Assembly (NCBI GenBank): GCA_051362555.1 | Contig: CM120641.1 | Location: 12,214,001 to 12,278,000, forward strand | Length of the DNA: 64,000 nt | From: Lingula anatina | Taxonomy: Eukaryota > Animalia > Brachiopoda | Direction: 5' to 3' | Shown here: piece after piece, positions 50,929 to 64,000 of the stretch | Layout: the number at the start of each line of letters is the position of its first letter | Position numbering within the stretch: the stretch's first letter is position 1 | Position numbers and translations under genes: made by a program | Notes under the pieces: generated by a model | Told to the model about the DNA's origin: nothing | Databases searched by the model: none | Seen by the model: the letters and a program-made list of their open reading frames with translations, nothing else

Positions 50929-51132
50929 AGGCCTTTCATAACCAAAGTTGATCTGCCGACTATCAGATCTTCAGCTCAAATATGGCTGACCCACTTGAAT
51001 GTTTGATGCATAATCCCTGCAGAGAATCTATTAGTGTCTATTAGGGGCTTATGTGGCAAAGCTTTCAAGTGGGTCGACCATATCTGATCTATGGATCTGT
51101 TAGTCCGAGGATCAACTAGTTCTGAATGTGTG
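50929..51132. mobile_element. Degenerate fold-back MITE related to 55533-55719
   Basis: Shares aatatggc.gacccacttgaatg and gttagtc.g...gttctgaatgtg with the 55.5 kb copy. Confidence 0.6.
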
Positions 51133-53388
51133 CATACTCAATTAGAATCTATAATTGGCATGTACTTAAACCAGAGGGGTTTCCACCAAATCATCAATGG
51201 CTTGATTCAATGTTATTTTTTTCATGGATCCCTGAACCAATAGTTACTTTGTATTACACATAATCAGTAGATTCCTGCACAATTTGCCATTTTATATCTA
51301 CTATTACGTAAATACACATAAGCTGCCATGACAAAAAAAGGAGTCAGTCATCATAATTAATGAACTCTCTTTTCACTTCCTTCAGACACACCAAAAAAAA
51401 AAAAAAAGAGTTGCACTCTCACTACTTCAGGCCCAACTTGTGAAAGTTGACATTTGATTGCACCCTTTCCTTTACCTATGTAAATAATCTTACTCAACAT
51501 TCAATGTACCAACTCCTTAAGGATATTGGTACACTTCGCCTAAAACTCCTTATTTACTGCCTTACATACATTCTTTTGGGTAATAAATAAATCGTCAGTG
51601 TTCAGTGACTAAATTAATTTTGTTTAAACATTTATACATGTCATCTCATGGGTGATGTCATAATCGTAATTTTGTGGTAAAAACGGAAAAATCGGTTTCT
51701 CAAATTCCTCTTTTACCTGAGCACTCACAGTCACTGTTGCAATGCCGATTTAATGACACCATTTAGTACTCCAATACTGTGCCAGCAATTTTTCTCAAAA
51801 GTCTTAGCTCAGATTTTATCATTGATAAAGCAAAATAATGCCTTTGTTTAAAAAAAATCTGTAATTAGGGGCTCATAACTCCATAACAAAAACATTTAAA
51901 CCAAAATGATGGCACAGGATCGTAGTCTATACTCTCCTGGACAACTCTGCCAATTTTTGTGATAAAATCTGGTTCAGGGATGAAGTAACGCCTTATACCA
52001 ATTGCTATCTCACCTCGAAATAGAAAGGTGTTAAAACGACAATTAAGCATTGAGTTGCCTTTGCTTATACATTGCAACAACAAAAATATAAACGCGGACA
52101 TATTATGTTTTCAAGGCTTTTTCATTGTTTTAAATCAGCACAAAGATAGATGCATTATTGAATAATTAAATGCAGGTAAAAACTCATTTTCAGTATTAGG
52201 ATGCTAATAAAGGGTTACAATAACCTTTACTCAGGGATAATTGAGCACCCTGGGGTAAAAAGGATGGGTCTCCAATTAAATATCATCTGCTATCATATGT
52301 GCAATTAAAGCCTATACTCATTCATTTTTATCTCTCATCTGATGCAATACCTTTACTTAATTAATACCAGTAAATATACAAATGCACTTTTACTTAAAAC
52401 TGAAGAAACCCCAACTTAAGGCTCAGATATGTGAGGAATATGTGCATATAGTTACCTAGAAATGTTTGTATATAACATGGCATAAAAAGATTAACAGAGT
52501 TATCTTGGGCACATATTGTGTTTGTAGAGGGATAGCAGTGAGACTATAAAAATATGCCTCAACTCTCAGCTTAGCTCATAAAAAATTAGAATTTTAAGAT
52601 ATGGGATCGGTTTAGAGAGAATTTAATCTATGGACATAAAATCAGCCTAATATGAGTTAAAACTCATTTAGGATATTAATGCTTATATGAAGAGATTTAT
52701 TAATCAGGAGTTTGACTAAAATTGTGTGGCAAAAAGGGCTCTTTGTGATAGAGATCCTATTATGCCTCATGTGTTCAAATCCTGGGGAAGGCTGGGTAAT
52801 ATGAAAGCAGGTTGTATCTGATGACATCACTACAGGCTATTAACACTCTGGAAATGCCAATACCTACTTCTATTACTGTCATCATCCAAAAAAAATAAAA
52901 AACACTACGTAATGATAAAGAATAAGGATTGAAAACACATATTTCACAATGAGATAATCCAAATTAAGTTCACATGATTGACCTTAAAGCAAATTGTCTT
53001 AACATACTAAATGAGTTTAAACTCATAAGAACTCCACTTAATAGTCCATGAAGAGGAAAAATGTCTGAATTCTCCCAAAAGTCTGAAAAATCTCATGTCT
53101 GACATTTACTAAACTATGTATTCAGTGCTGCATAACCATGATTTAGGGCCCAGAAAATTCCCCTGTTGAATTCTGGTAGTGATTAGTATGATTACATTTA
53201 CTATGTATTTGGTTATTAAAGATGTCATTAATGATAATGCTACACACATCATTGCTTATCCTATTATGACAAGGTTATTCCTGTTACACTGATCCATATA
53301 TATAGTCTATACCTGATGTACATAATGGCTAGATGAGAATGTTCCGAGTGACACCCTGGACATAAGACATTTATTTCTCAAAAATTGA

Positions 53389-53444
<56 letters not shown>

Positions 53445-54727
53445 ACACACATGTATGCGTGCACACATGCATGCATGCATACACATTGAAAAATGGAAAG
53501 AAAAATAATCTAAAACTTTACTCAGTTTAACTTTCCACAACCTGATGAAAAATAACTTACTAAAATGCACTGAATAAATAACCATATCACATGAGTGAAT
53601 ATAAATGTCAATAAAAAGGGTGTTATTTGTACATGATAGGTTTTAGTCTCAAGCAGTGTAACTGTTTGCATTTTGTATCTGCATCTTCCTAGTGTGACAT
53701 TTTTTCTCACTTGCACATGTGACACTGATCAAACAGCTAAAATAAATTGAAGGTTTTCAACTCCACATACAAAAGGTCATATTAATATAGACTGTTTGGT
53801 ATGGGCAAGGTCAGTTCTTCAATTTTTGTCCAATTAGAGTTAAAACCATTCTATCTTCACACTCAGCTTATGGACTTTATCTTTCATAAATACACCTGTC
53901 ATTTAATATTTGTTTCGTGAGGTATTTAATCCCTAAATACCTTACCACGCTTAATAATCACAAGTGATTACCATCATAAACCCAAATGCACTACAAATCT
54001 TTCATAATATATAATTTATTGTGTTGGCATACCAGCTGGATTGGGCACCTTCAAGAAAATGGCAAAAGATAGAGTGAGACTGTTGTTGCCCTTAACACCA
54101 GCAGGTATGACAGGCATTAATGATGTATTCACTTTTCACACACAAATGAACACAAATACATCACAATTATCAGCTAATCACATGGAAAATTTTGTCCAAA
54201 TATTTTCAAATACGAGGAAAGTATTACTTTTGTGTATGTAGGGATATTATACAAATGCACGCAACTGCAATTATCTTGATTGATTTGAAGAGGTGTTACC
54301 TAACTTTGACTCACTATGTTGGTTTCCCTAATGTTTCAGTGATGAATGTTATGTACACCTCCAGTTATAAATTGAACATAACCCCCTGACTGTGCTCTGT
54401 GGTGATGGCCATGTACTTCAAATGGTATGACCACAGGGGTTCCAGACACACTTATAATACCTTGGATTTGGTTAATTTATTACCCATATAGCACATAATA
54501 GAAAAAAAAGCATTATATCTGTCCTTTTCACCTTGCTTTTTTTTCAGTTTACAAATCAATATGCTTCCAGCACTAGTTTATCCCATCCCTTTACCCCACC
54601 CAAACCATGTTACTCTTAACCCCACCCAAACCATGTCACTGTCTCTTACATGACAGGATACATTTATTACATGTATACTAGTACATAGGTTCTTTTAATT
54701 ACACCCACCCAAACAAACCATATGTTT

Positions 54728-54729
<2 letters not shown>

Positions 54730-54800
<71 letters not shown>
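54730..54800. repeat. (CA)n microsatellite
   Basis: Seen directly. Confidence 0.95.
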
Positions 54801-54802
<2 letters not shown>

Positions 54803-55532
54803 CTTACCCAAACACATGTACACATATACAGTAACAAACTACGCACCCCCCCCCCCAAAAAAAAAAAAAAAAAAAAAAAAAATTGTTTGCAGTGGAAGAT
54901 TTAAATCAATTCTCACATTAGGGCATCCAGTTATAATTATCAAAGTCTAAAGCTTTATGTTTTACCACTGAAAAACAACATTTCCATCTTTCCTGCTACA
55001 TCTTGTATAAAATTACAACATTCAAACACTTCTTTTACTTCATCAATTTATATTCAAGTTACTTATTGACCTTAGTTGCTGTTTATCCTCTTTTGGTTCA
55101 CTGATTAACAACAGTGCATTGACACTGCAGATACCAGGCACTACAGTTGAACTGACAGTGACCATTGCATGTAATAGTACTCATCAGACCAGTATGTCAG
55201 GACCATAGTGACACTGGGGTTAACCAGATTCACTGGTCACCTGAGGCAAAATAAGAGATTATCACTCCCTTAAATCCTGCTTATCTGATCAAGAGAGGGA
55301 ATTACACCATTTTTTAAGGGCATTGCTCACAAAAAATAAATTAATGACTATAATAAATTTCTGCATGTTGATATGCATAAAACACCCTCTGGGTTGTTTT
55401 TCAAGGGAGAATGCAGAATTTCCTCACCAGTTATTTACATAAAGGGTTTTGAAGAGCATCTCTGTCAGGAAGAGGTTAGGACAAATCTTCAAAGTCATTA
55501 ATGATGCATTTGTCTTCCATTTTAACATTTAT

Positions 55533-55719
55533 GAGCCCATTCAGAACAGCGGACTAACAGATCCGTGGATCTAATATGGCCGACCCACTTGAATGCTTGT
55601 TGAGTGATTCTTGCAAATAATCTATTCAGTATCTAATCTAATTGTCTAAGCAGCAAGCTTTTCAGTGTGTGATCATGTTTGATCTGTCGATTTGTTAGTC
55701 GGCTGTTCTGAATGTGCTC
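55533..55719. mobile_element. Fold-back MITE, Harbinger-like, with termini related to 34858-35170
   Basis: TIR GAGCCCATTCAGAACAGC/GCTGTTCTGAATGTGCTC. Confidence 0.7.
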
Positions 55720-57581
55720 TTACTGAACCAGTAGAACTGATTTACCTTTACAGAGTTTAAGATATTGTCCTTTGCATTCAATTAGACAGTCACAGCATGA
55801 TTTCATACTTTTAATGGTATATTTCATCCATTGAAATATATTTGTGCCAATATATGTGGAATGTTATCCCCTTGTCTTTACCTGCACCTAAAGCAGTATT
55901 GACATATACCTCTACCTCCACCATCTATATGGTCTGATCACATTTGTACACCCAGAGAAGAGTTCATATGTATCACTCCTTCAGCCATCTTTACCTTCTG
56001 CTTACATCTGTACACTTAGAAAGGACTTCATATATAACCCCTCCCAGCCCCCCCCCCCCCCCCCCCCCCTTACACACACACATATTGTCTCCTATTGTCT
56101 GCACTGTCCACTTACACCTGTAAACCCAGAGAATCCCCCCCCTTCTTAACACTATACACTCATTATGTAATGTCTTTGCTTATCTGTCTGGCAAACAAAT
56201 CAGTGGTCAGGAGGGGGTTTCCCAAAAAAGTGGACAGTAGAGCAAGCAATTAAGGTTGGGACAATTAACTGTCTTGATTGCTATCACAGGGATTTGGCAG
56301 GGACTTGTCAAATGCCAGTGCCTAAGTAGTTTCATAAATAGTGACCAACCCTGTAATTATTGCTGGAATTTCAGCACGTTCTTACTTACTTCTGAATACC
56401 TAGAGAAGGCTTCATGGATCAAAGTTAATCAAGTTTAACAGTATATCCTCCTCCATTTATCCAAAGCATATATTTTTAGCCAAGCTATGAAAAATTTCAT
56501 TAACACCAATAGAAGACGCCAACACTTTACTACTGTATCAATACATAAAACATAGAAAACGCCTACATTCTACAAAAAACACCTGCTAGCCTATATAAAG
56601 TTGTAGCTTTAAAAGTACAACCAACAATATCATACACATAACTGGCACATCAAATTGATAGAATAGGAAATATTGATATTGTCAAAATATTGAAGCTCCA
56701 TAGTAATATACTGGTAGGTTCTATATAGTTTCATTTATTTATTTATTTACTTATTTATTCATTTACTTATTTCTTTTTTCAAGTACTGTGCATGCTCTCT
56801 TTATGATGCACTACCTGTACCTATGATAAAATACTTCTACAGGAGGGTGAAAGAACGCAGGCATCTAAACCTGGGGTTCCTCTGACACTATGGGCCAGAT
56901 GATGAATTGATAATTGCATAGTTGCACTCCTTAAACTTCATTTGCTGCAAACTGACCATGGCTGATAGATTCGAATTTTCTTTGATAATAATAATCCCAA
57001 AAAATTGGTTCTGACCAATTTAATTCTGACATTTTAATTTGAGTTCACTGACTGAAAGTGATACAAGCTAGAGATTGTATTTCTAAATTTCTTTTAGGAT
57101 CAGGATTTAGGAAAGTGAAAAGGCAGCATACAGAGCTGAACATCCTAAACTGATCCTTCCCCAAAACACACCTTGGAGATAACATATACTTGATGATACA
57201 GTCACTTCACTTGCTATTTGCCTTCCCAAATTTCACCTAAACTATTTCCTCAGCTGTGGTTTAATACATTCCATGTCAGTTCAATACAGCACATAGACCA
57301 GGAGGAAATAAAATCCCAGACTCAAAAAACTACTCAGTCAAATGTGGTGGTCAAGTATCCAGACATGACCAAGAGATGGGGGGGAACTGTTGCAATATAA
57401 AAAGGCTATTATAAGTGACTTTTTTATCTTACTTTTAAGGTATGGTAATACAATGCAGTCTAAATATCATTATTATTCTTCTTTGGCCACTACTATGTGA
57501 ATAGCTTTAAAGATTGAAGAGTGTGGCCATAACTGCTTCATGTATCAATCCTAAAAAATTAACTAGAGAATCTCAGCAAAG

Positions 57582-57583
<2 letters not shown>

Positions 57584-57666
<83 letters not shown>
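57584..57666. repeat. (TA)n microsatellite
   Basis: Seen directly. Confidence 0.95.
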
Positions 57667-57669
<3 letters not shown>

Positions 57670-58936
57670 AAAAAAATCTAAAGTGCACTTCAAATATATA
57701 AGGGTTCAATGTGTTTACAAAATATGGTCTCAATTTTTGTCTGGTTGTTGTCTGCTTCAAATCATGCACTGGCTGGAAGACATTGACCCTGATCTACAAA
57801 CACCAGTACAGTTTTAGTTAAATTTTGTATTTTCAATCACCATCAACATGAACCAGCAATTCTAAATGTTTAAACAATGTCAAGTAAAATCTACGTTTGG
57901 CAATTCTTGAGGTTGGCAAACAAAATGCAAGGTGTCACTTCTGTTTTAAACATTTTCTTCAACTTCAGCTGCAATGCTATGTGTCCCCTGCTACATTCAA
58001 TATCAAATTTCTGGCTGTTTATGGATTCAAATTCTAAGTGCTATAGATTCTCGCAAAATGCATTGTAAATTTTCAATACAGCTGTTACATATGAAATAAG
58101 CATGCTCCGATGCTCCTCTAAGCATATCTGTGAAAACGAACCAAACGTTTTACAATCTCACGGTAACTTTAAACACCCCTCTTATAGTAAGATTGAAATT
58201 AATGGCAAGAGACTTCAGGATACAGTTTACCATATCACCTCCTATGCTCAAAGGAGCATCAGACCATACAAACAGAGTACATAGCAACTGCAAAGAAGAC
58301 ATCAGGAATTAAATGTGTTTATGTTAGCGCCATAACACCCATAATACTTACATTAAAAATGATAAAACTTCCATTACCACCCAAAAGGGAGTATTTAAAA
58401 GGTAAATGAGATCTGTATTATATTGCCTACTTTGTTGATAGGTATTAACTGTCCCCTTCAACCCTATGCTTAAGTGGTGCATGTATTTCACATACCTATG
58501 GACTAACATATATCCACTTCCAAAACACTATTGTATTTCTTTTGCAATCACGTAAATATTGGCAAATGTGTAGTGCTCTTTTTAAAAGGAAAATAGACCT
58601 CCTGTTTCACTGTGTACAGTTTATTCTATTCTAAACGCTAAATGTTTTTAAAAGTGGAATACTTCTGAATAGCAAACTTTTCCCTTTTAACAAAAGACTA
58701 ACTTTACACTCCACTGATATATCAATTTCAATGAATATGCCTTCTCAAAAAAATAAGTGAAAATTGGTTGTCTGCTTATTCTGTTTCATGCCCAATTACA
58801 TTCAATCTAATGTAGTCTACACCTATTATCTATCATTTCAGTTACCATTACTTTAACATTAACATTTGGACTGCTGTACTATGTATCTATACTTCCAGAC
58901 TATTGCTCACTACATTTAAAACAACCTAAAAAATAC

Positions 58937-59069
58937 CTTCTACATTGCTGCCATCAGGAAACTTAATCAGAATCCTACTGGTCTTTCTGGAGACATAGAT
59001 TCTAGGTGTATGCTTTTCCTTGGACGCCTCCTCGCCAGTGGTATATTCCTCAACATCAGAATGTGGCAT
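58937..59069 (-). CDS. PDE1: Candidate first coding exon MPHSDVEEYTTGEEASKEKHTPRIYVSRKTSRILIKFPDGSNVE(E), joining exon 41661-41853
   Basis: aaaATG start after an in-frame TGA, 133 nt, phase-1 donor AAG|gtattt; preceded by a less AT-rich, UTR-like stretch (about 59070-59500). Confidence 0.58.
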
Positions 59070-60075
59070 TTTAACTCATGGTTTCTCTCCTATGTTCTGG
59101 GTCATATGCATGTCCTGAGGGCCCTAGCATGCATGTGTGTGTGTTTACACATACAAGGCGTCAGATGGCACATGTACTCAAACTTCTCTGCTCTTGGTGC
59201 TCCCTCTCTTGGCAAAACTTTCTACACGTTCAGGTACCTGCCTGCTTAGCTAAAAATAACCTCCACAACTCTTTATTAGTTCTGCTCTATGGCTGTTGTC
59301 AATCTGCAGTGTTTACAAGTGCTTGCCTCTTCTAGTGTATATAACACTAACCGTGCAATAGTATATCTCAGCTGGAAATGTGCTGTGGTGGGGGACCCCA
59401 GAATAAAGTGTCCAAATAGAAAACAGTTAAAAAGTCCCAGCACAGAGACACCTATGAGTTCTTGTATCTGTATGCAACTGCACCACGTATCCCTGATACT
59501 GCTTCCCTCCAAAAGTTAACCCTACACACTATTTGGTCTCCACTCAGGTCATGGGTAACACTATTCCCACATATCTTGGAGTAATTAATAGCAGAGGTCT
59601 AGGGGCAATCCTCCACTGACCCCTCAAACCTTCCAGCCTAAGCACGTGGTAACCAAAGCTTGTACCCATTAGTGCAGAAAAACATGATTAATTAATAAAC
59701 ACTTCTATTCAAATCTATGTGAATGGTGCTGTTTACTCTACTTGCCCTAAGATCAGATACTACTGTGCATTAAAAATTCTCCTCTGGTCTTCACAGGTCA
59801 ACAAGTTTAGTCAGTTAACAGGTGATCTTTACTCTGACTTGTATCTTTTAGTAAAAAAATGTTTGGCAATTAACTGAGAGAATTTAGGAATTTTCTTGGA
59901 AACCTGTTTTAATAGTGGGTCTTGAATCCTAAGAAAGAAGGACATGGAAAATGGGTTTGTTGCTTGAGATGTTACACAGATTCTTTTTTATCATTTGATA
60001 ATGGTATTATTATTTAGTGTCTCTCATTTTTTTGTTCTGTGGTAAAATACGGCAACATTGATATATAGATATGAG

Positions 60076-60107
<32 letters not shown>

Positions 60108-61177
60108 CTGAGAAAATGACTAAAAATCGCACATGGTTTTTATTATACTTTTAACTAAATAACATCCTTATCAATGTGTCATTTATTCATACAAATTATA
60201 TAAATGCCCTGCTCTCCCCAACCATTCCCATAAATAACATAAAAAGTTGAAAAAAAAAAAAAAATATATATATATATAACCGATGAAAGTGTATTAAGTT
60301 GAGTTTTTTTCAACCTCCCCACTCCCCCCAACAACATGGTGTGTGTAAAGGTTCAAGCATCATTAGCTTTTAATTGCTCGAACAGAACCTCTCTTTCAAA
60401 GTCTCTGGCCTGCATCCAATCTTTTGCAGAACATGTCAAGCATTGCGTCACACCACTCAAATGAGGACTTTTCCAATGGAGGTGGCTTTGTCACACACCC
60501 AAAGCATATTTGTTTTATTTTTCACCCTACTGAAAGTCAGATTCAATCTTCCACTACACACATATTAGGACAAGAAAACATAAGCATCAACATAAGTTCA
60601 TGGATGAATAACCATGGCACCTGGGTTTCATACTGCCAACTGACTCTGGTACAATAAACCACCACAAAAGCACGCGCATTGTATAAGAATGAACATCTAT
60701 GTTATTGTGTATCTGAATGTCGGGCAGTTGTAATAAATTCCCTAGTTAGTGGGTATGCCAGACGAAGGAGTCAATCTTTGTGGTCCATTGATGTGTATCT
60801 GGGCATTTATAACAGTAAAGTCAGTTTTTCTGCAGACAGTTCATATCAGGGCTGTCTTACTGTAATATGTGGGGTTTTAACAATAAACTATTATCCGATT
60901 TCCCTTGACACAAAAGAAATCAAAACAGTTCTTCTGCTTTTAGAAACTTCACAAAAAACTCATAAGACTTCCCGAATCCTTATCATTGAAAAAATATATT
61001 TTGCCTGCTTCACTCTAAGTTTTTTCAGTATAATTATAGATTATCTTATCTTAAACAGAAATTTTGGTGGTAATTTTTTTAGACTCCAGGTACATAATAA
61101 ATATAAATTGTTGTCTTATTCATATCCAATGGCAGGTCAAGAGGACAGAGTGGGCACATGCCCCCAACATTAGCTTA

Positions 61178-61407
61178 AGCCCCTTTTACACTAGATGGCG
61201 TCTTTTCTGCGTCGAGTTGCACGACCCTCTTTGAGAGTAAAAAAAAAAAAAAAACAATAATACTTTACATGCCGACAATTGTCCTATCACTGAGCATTCA
61301 TTTTGCAACCAAAGTGATGCTTGTGCCTCCTTTTTACGACCACAGCAATGCCAGTTTCATGGCAGCACAAAGGACGCAGAAAGGAAGCCATCCAGTGTGA
61401 AGGGGAT
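61178..61407. mobile_element. Harbinger-like MITE
   Basis: Imperfect TIR of about 35 bp: CCCCTTTTACACTAGATGGCGTCTTTTCTGCGTC versus GACGCAGAAAGGAAGCCATCCAGTGTGAAGGGG. Confidence 0.68.
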
Positions 61408-63559
61408 TTTAGAAAGTTGGGTCTCCACTTTTCTACCAAAAGCATGGTGTGACCAGTGAGTGACATGAGACGAAATCAACTTGTTCTTACCATCTCTGTT
61501 CCAAAAATATAATAACAAATTGTCCCTGCCACCTCTTCTGCAAGGATGACAAGTGAAGTGAAGCAAAAAAAAAAAAAAATGGATCTGCCAATGTGATGGA
61601 TAACTTCTCATAAGTTAACAGTCTCAGTTTCATTTCAGGGTCATATACGGGGATAAATTACACTTAAATTCACTGAAACAGCACTGAGAACAGACGCCTT
61701 GAAGAGACACAATAATTTTGTTGATCCTAAAACACATCACCACTTATATGTCATGATACATGTTGAACTGGCAGGTCTAATGATCATTATGTGCCTTTAA
61801 AGTAAGAAAAATAACTTTCTGAAAATGGCCAAACAGGAAAGCAAAGTATAAAGTTATCTATTAACTCTATCTTATAATTTTTTTCATTATCAAATATGTT
61901 TTATTTTGCAATAAAATAACTTAATTTTTTTCCAAAATAAACAGTTCTCTAATATGTTCCCAGTTAAAAACTTGAAGTCTAATTATTTTTATGAATTCTG
62001 ACAAAGATGGTTTATAAGGCATGAAATGGTAGAATGATCAGGCACACTTAATGATGCTCAAGTTTACAATATGACCTTGTAATACAGCCTCACAGCAGAG
62101 TAGGACAAACAAGTCATCATTTACATATAAATGTCATAATGGAATAATATATTCACTGTATGATGTATGTTCAGTGCAAGTGATTAAAGTCCTCTTTTGC
62201 ATGCACAACTTATTTCATTAACATTTATGTCCTGCATACAAATAAAAGAAGTCAACTCCGTAACCTCCTTAAAAATAGCCTTCTAGAAGTTTATTAAAAA
62301 GAAATTTTCAGCCAAGCTAAGATATCACACCTGTTAAATCCAAAATATCATTTGCTCCATTTTTCTTTTACATTTCAAGTTTAAAAAAATCATAAACAAT
62401 TTTGAATATCCACACAATATATATTGCATCTCAGATTACTGGACCGCAATACGAGGAAGCATCTATGCAGGCACCTAAAATCATCTGCATGGTAAGTACA
62501 GCATTTACACTCTCGCTGCAATAGTTCTTAGTTATGAATTACTGCAGCTCAATAGCACGTATACATAAAGTTGCCCTTTTGTGTATCCTAAGACTGAAGG
62601 TTCTCATGTAGTTACTATGAGGTCACATCATCAATCAAGCTGAGGAACACCTACAGCAATTTAGTCATTTCTTGGTTTTAACATCACTTTTCAGCAAGTA
62701 TACATGGCAAGTGTCTGGTGCCACTGTAAAGTGAATGTTGGAGTGTTAAGAATTAATGACTTAAAAAAACAGTATCTGTAAAATCCACAATTTTCCCCAC
62801 TGAAAAGATTGAAAAGATTAGGACATGAGCACAGGAAGATAAAATATGGGTAGGTGAAATAGCTATCATTCCAGTAAAATTACCACATATCTGAGAATAT
62901 GTGTATGTTAGAGTGCAATATTGAACAAGTTATGAAATTGTCATATGATACATCTTTACATGAAAGGGAGATTGAGAAACTGGTGAAGCCAAAACTAAGG
63001 AATTATACACAGTGTTACAAGCTACAAATCTAAAATTCCTTGTGACATATCCAGTTTCAAAAATGTCCTCCTAGTAAGCTGAATTAAGGGTTCTTCCTCT
63101 ATGAAATGAAATAAGCAGGCTCTGGAAAACACATTAGCTAAGAGATTATGAATTATTTAATGATGAAGATACTGAACACACACACACAAAAAAATTATAT
63201 TGATCGTGTACCATTTGTGGTGGATGATAAAGCAGCCCCATAATGGCCTAACCTTGTTATGGTGTAAATCAAAGTTTGAGATTCCATATATCAAAAAGAA
63301 TTTTTTATAAATGGGTGACAAGTTTTGTTTATGAGGACTGTAGCATACAAACTGAGGCAAACTCCTTAAATGCAACTGACTGCATTAAGTTTGGCTTGCT
63401 TTAAGTGATAAAGCTCACCTCTGCTGGGAGAACATTTTTAAATTAGTGTTTACACATTTTGAAATGTTGTTCAGCTGCTATAAATGTTTATATGTGACTA
63501 CTACAAAGGATATCTGCATTTCAATATACTGAGCTAGGTTTATTCTAAATATAATACCT

Positions 63560-64000
63560 ACAACAGAACACAACCCACTTGTCTAGGGGAAATCTCAACA
63601 CAACCCCCTTCTCCAGTACACCCCAACACAATGCCCACTTCCTTTGTAACCCATGCACTCTTACAGTGAGTATTCCAACACAACCCATATTCCCACACAT
63701 ATCCCAACACAATCTTCCTTTACCATGCATTCCAACACGATATGCTTTTACAGAAATAACTCAACACAATCTTTTCTCACAACCTACTTCTCCCAAACTT
63801 CCCACCACAGCCCTCTTCTGCATATCCCAACACAACCCACTTAACTTGCACAACTACAAGCAGAATTGCAACACAGCCCACTTTTCCGGAACATGACAAC
63901 AATTTATTTTCACAGGCAGAATCCCAACACAACCCACTTTGCCCAAGTATCCTAACACAACCCACTTTTCCCACACATCTCAACACAACCCACTTCTTCT
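63560..64000. repeat. Degenerate minisatellite (units of about 30 bp, core cccaacacaacccactt) running off the window edge
   Basis: The core motif recurs roughly ten times; the overlapping ORFs here are by-products of the repeat. Confidence 0.8.

Noticed and set aside
60679-61173. Longest ORF in the track (164 aa)
   Set aside because: Non-ATG start, AT-rich intron-like composition and no recognisable domain.
63560-64000. Regularly spaced repeats superficially like a CRISPR array
   Set aside because: Degenerate eukaryotic minisatellite without identical repeats, unique spacers or cas genes.

Overview
AT-rich eukaryotic (invertebrate, probably lophotrochozoan/mollusc-like; species cannot be fixed from this window) genomic DNA occupied entirely by one large minus-strand gene, a Ca2+/calmodulin-dependent cyclic-nucleotide phosphodiesterase of the PDE1 family. 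I traced 12 phase-compatible GT-AG exons from 41853 down to about 87. They encode the N-terminal regulatory region and most of the catalytic domain; the stop codon lies beyond the left edge. The large 5' introns contain a series of candidate alternative exons whose splice phase matches the downstream acceptor. Five candidate first exons feed the exon at 23888-24001, one with a myristoylation/Cys-cluster motif and one with a PKA site. Two feed the exon at 41661-41853, and one internal first exon plus two or three frame-preserving cassettes feed the exon at 8004-8189. These are predictions from sequence only. The introns also carry many non-autonomous DNA transposons (CAGG-ended MITEs with 5-bp TSDs, Harbinger-like and Kolobok-like MITEs, Helentron/DINE-like elements) and microsatellites. 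Almost all other ORFs in the track are chance ORFs. No prokaryotic-type system, CRISPR array or RNA gene was found.
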